The position numbers and the translations under genes are program-made. This document shows, piece after piece, positions 60,715 through 64,000 of a stretch of DNA of 64,000 nucleotides (positions are counted from its first letter, which is position 1; the number at the start of each line of letters is the position of its first letter). This stretch comes from Hydrogenimonas sp. (GTDB lineage: Bacteria > Campylobacterota > Campylobacteria > Campylobacterales > Hydrogenimonadaceae). A model generated the notes under the pieces. The model had not been told where the DNA came from. It did no database searches and was given only the letters and a program-made list of their open reading frames with translations. The DNA lies in NCBI GenBank assembly GCA_003978765.1, contig QNYO01000025.1:7303-71302 (forward strand), given 5' to 3'.

Positions 60715-61743
60715 ATGGCTCAAAAACCCTATATCATAGCCATCGATGATATGCCCTACAATCTTGAAGTCCTTGCGATGAGCCTTCAATCTATTGATGT
60801 CGAGGTAGCATGTGTCGAATCAAGCCATCACGCCCTTCAATTGATTAATGAGAGAGTGCCAGATCTGATTCTTTTAGATATTATGATGCCCGATATGGAT
60901 GGCTACACACTCTGCCAACATCTTAAAAAGAGAGCCGAAACCAAAGATATTCCAGTGATTTTTATTTCAGCCCTTGATGATGTCCACAATAAGGTCAAAG
61001 CCTTTGAACTTGGTGGGGTTGACTATATCACCAAGCCCTTTAATCCATTAGAGGTGGTTGCTCGTGTTAAGACCCATCTCAAACTCTACCATATGCTTGA
61101 AGAGATGAATACGCTACTCAAAGAGTCCTTTCATGAGATCTATACCCCACTTGGAATTATCAAAAGCTCCTTGGCACTGCAAGAGATTGAGTATGGCAAA
61201 AGCGAACATCTACAACATATTAAAGCGGCGGTACAGTCGCTTCACTCTATCTATGAAGATATCTACTACGCCATTAAAAAAGAGGTACGCGACCATCCAC
61301 CCGAATGGATTGAGTTAGAGAGGTTTCTTCCCCAACGTATTGGACTCTTTACTCCCCAGATGGAGGCCAAAGGGTTGCATTGTAACCTCAACTTTGAGAT
61401 CGATTCTCCAATGATAAAGATCAATGCAACAGAGTTAGAACGACTGATCGATAATCTTCTCTCTAATGCCATCAAATATGCCAAAGAGGGGGGTGAAATC
61501 TCCATTGATATTCTCCCCTTCTCTGATCAAGAGATTCAACTCACCATTACCAACACTTCTAAAAAGATCCAAAATGTCAAACAGCTCTTTCATGAGCTCT
61601 ATCGTGAAGATCATACCGTTATGGGGCTTGGTATCGGTCTTAGTATTGTTAAAAAGATTTGTGACAAATATGGTATTACAATCGATGTTGAAGCTCAAGA
61701 GGATAGAATCTGCTTTATACTACGCTATAAGGAGACAGCATGA
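60715..61743 (+). CDS. Hybrid REC-histidine kinase
   Basis: REC (LLDIMMP), HEIYTPL H-box, NLLSNAIKY, GLGIGL. Confidence 0.9.
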   Translation: MAQKPYIIAIDDMPYNLEVLAMSLQSIDVEVACVESSHHALQLINERVPDLILLDIMMPDMDGYTLCQHLKKRAETKDIPVIFISALDDVHNKVKAFELGGVDYITKPFNPLEVVARVKTHLKLYHMLEEMNTLLKESFHEIYTPLGIIKSSLALQEIEYGKSEHLQHIKAAVQSLHSIYEDIYYAIKKEVRDHPPEWIELERFLPQRIGLFTPQMEAKGLHCNLNFEIDSPMIKINATELERLIDNLLSNAIKYAKEGGEISIDILPFSDQEIQLTITNTSKKIQNVKQLFHELYREDHTVMGLGIGLSIVKKICDKYGITIDVEAQEDRICFILRYKETA

Positions 61744-62390
61744 AGATTCTACTTTTAGAAGATGAAGATACTCTACGCAAAAATATCGAAAAGTTTTTAA
61801 CACTCAAAGGTCATAGTGTGGATAGTTTTGATGATGGGGGACAACTCTTAAAAGATGCCAACCTCTTTGAGTATGACTTCTTTATCTTTGATATTAATGT
61901 CCCAGATGTGAATGGATTTGAGCTTTTAATATATATTAAAGACAAAAAGATTGAGACACCTGTCATCTTTATCAGTGCAATGATCGGGATTGAAGAGATT
62001 ACCAAAGGGTTTGAGCTTGGTTGCAGTGACTATCTCAAAAAACCTTTTGAGCTCGAAGAGCTGGAGTTACGGATGAAAAATATCAAAAACAGCTTCTCAA
62101 CCCATGAACGCATCACCCTTCCCAATGGATTGGTCTATGATTTTAGTGCCAAAGCAGTCTTTCAAGGGGACAAACAGCTTGAACTCTCTAAAAAGCAGAG
62201 TGAAATTCTCTATATTCTGATGAAACATCATGGTCAAGTGGTCAGTTTTGACACCATTGCCGACTACGCCTATGAAGATGATTTTCGTGATATGCACACC
62301 ATCTCAAGCCATATTCGCGATATTCGTAAAGTGATCGGTGCAGAGGTGATTAAAAATGTTCGTGGGGTTGGGTATAAAGTGGTCTTTTAG
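61740..62390 (+). CDS. OmpR family response regulator
   Basis: REC plus winged helix (HIRDIRK, NVRGVGY); ATGA overlap with the kinase. Confidence 0.93.
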   Translation: MKILLLEDEDTLRKNIEKFLTLKGHSVDSFDDGGQLLKDANLFEYDFFIFDINVPDVNGFELLIYIKDKKIETPVIFISAMIGIEEITKGFELGCSDYLKKPFELEELELRMKNIKNSFSTHERITLPNGLVYDFSAKAVFQGDKQLELSKKQSEILYILMKHHGQVVSFDTIADYAYEDDFRDMHTISSHIRDIRKVIGAEVIKNVRGVGYKVVF

Positions 62391-63745
62391 AGGTGTCGCT
62401 GATTATGGTAGCGACCCAGTTCATAATTTAACGCCATCTCAAGTAGCTTTAGATCATAGTAGTATCGCAGTAACTTCTGCTTTGTCTGGAGCGTTTTAAT
62501 CTCTCGTTGATTAATCAGCATCAGATGGCTCATCCCCTCTTGATACTTCCGATTCTCAACCTTCTCCAACTTCTCAACCAACACAAGCTCTTCATGAGAG
62601 AGTTTGATCGCCTCTTTTTTCATATCGATCTTTTGTAGAAGATTTTGAATCTTAGTGGTGATCTCTTTGAGAAGTTTGCTTTTTGAGCTATGCAAAAGGA
62701 GTATCTGCTTTCTTAACGCCTCATCTTGCCCTTTGTAGCGTCTTCTTTCGAGTGGAAACTTAAAGTCAACCGAAACTTTATACCCCTCTTTATACTTTAA
62801 ATCATAGACGCCATAGAGTTTAAGATCGAGTTTTGGATATTTTGAGAGATGGTTATACTTTTGCTGAAGTGTAACTTTTTCTATCTCATACCCAATCCTT
62901 TGAAACTCGGGTCGATTGGCCACTGCAATCTTTTGTGCCTCTTTGAGTGAGATGGTATCGATCATCTTGCGTGGCAGATTGGGCAGATCATAGAGACGAT
63001 CAAACTCTTGCGATGAAACTCCTAAATATTGCAAAAAGATATTTTTGGCTTGAAGAAAAGCATTGTAAGCATTAAGTCGGCGCTGTTTTCGATCAATGAT
63101 CTGACTCTGTATCTCAAGAAGAGCTATTTTAGGTAACTTACCAACGGCAACCTCTTTAGAGATAAAGTCAAAATTGATCTTTGCCTTGTGAAGAAGCTCC
63201 TCTTCGGTCTTTAAGACCTCTTTTTGAAAGAGGAGTTGATAATAGGCTTTGGAGATCTGCAAGTAGAGGGTTAATAGATTGGATCGACTCTGTTGATGGG
63301 TCTCTTGGGTCGTGAGCTTTGCACGCTCAAGGTCAACCTGATTTTTACTAATATTATGGATGACAGAAACAAGAGGAATTTTAATACTCGATAAGATCTC
63401 CCCCTCTGTACTTGTCTTAATATTGTTATACTCTTGAACCCCTTGTGCATTACGATAGGCCAAAGAGAACTCAATGCCATTTTCAATCGGTTTGCTCAAA
63501 GCAATCTGCTTAAAGGTTCCTTCCGATACAGGATACTTCTTTTCATCATACTTAATCGAAAACTGCGTATCAAACGCCCCTTCATAAAAACGCTCCTGGG
63601 CGTGACGTACCGCCTCTTTTCCTATCGCATTATAGTAGAAAGGATTCTTCTCATTCAGATAGAGAAGAATATGCTCTTGTAAAAAGGGCTCTTTGGCATA
63701 CAGCGATGCAAAAAAGAGTGCAACAACGGTGATAGCTCTTACCAT
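62387..63745 (-). other. TolC family outer membrane protein
   Basis: Signal peptide, helical OEP repeats, YPKLDL, FPLERR; downstream of an HlyD-like gene. Confidence 0.85.
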
Positions 63746-64000
63746 TGTCGATACTCTTTGGGTGGATTCACCATTTTAGGTGGTTGAGAAACCATCAATC
63801 GCCACAACTCATACCAGATAGGTACCGTTGAGAGTCGCACCCATACACTTGCTTGGGTACCAATCTTCAAATTCTCACTTGAAGGCCAAGGGGTATCGTC
63901 AGGGTCTTCAACAATCAGAGCATAATAGGAACCCTTTTCATGGGAGGTGCGCTCAATACTCTTAATCACTCCACCATAGGTACCGTGGGTAATCTTTGGC
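63739..64000 (-). CDS. HlyD family secretion adaptor, 3' end (truncated by window edge)
   Basis: WP...L.IG..A..W..L..VP.WYELWR C-terminal pattern; open to the window end. Confidence 0.7.
   Translation of the reverse strand, partial: PKITHGTYGGVIKSIERTSHEKGSYYALIVEDPDDTPWPSSENLKIGTQASVWVRLSTVPIWYELWRLMVSQPPKMVNPPKEYRQW

Overview
Chromosomal window from a Campylobacterota (epsilonproteobacterial) genome. This is inferred from the Campylobacter-like gene orders pheS-pheT-aroA-ispH-rpsA-serA and tatD-mltD and from extended -10 promoters; the genus cannot be fixed from sequence alone. Most of the window is housekeeping (recN, nadK, aspS, adk, aroK, efp, argH, lpxK, cmoB, rny, ftsY, radA). These genes are interspersed with accessory signalling modules: two FIST-sensor/hybrid-kinase cassettes (one with a globin+CZB kinase), a stressosome-like STAS/RsbT-phosphatase/GGDEF-EAL operon and a split RND pump. 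The stand-out feature is a derived type III-A CRISPR-Cas operon at 49.5-56.7 kb (cas6-cas10-csm2-csm3-csm4-csm5, all frames intact). Its Cas10 has no HD domain and its GGDD cyclase motif is replaced by EAGH, while Csm3 keeps its catalytic Asp. There is no cas1/cas2 or CARF effector in the window. A two-repeat, single-spacer mini-array with an apparent promoter and terminator lies upstream, and a low-GC Cys-rich U32-like gene occupies the effector slot. This looks like a signalling-dead, RNA-only type III complex that may have been repurposed for regulation.
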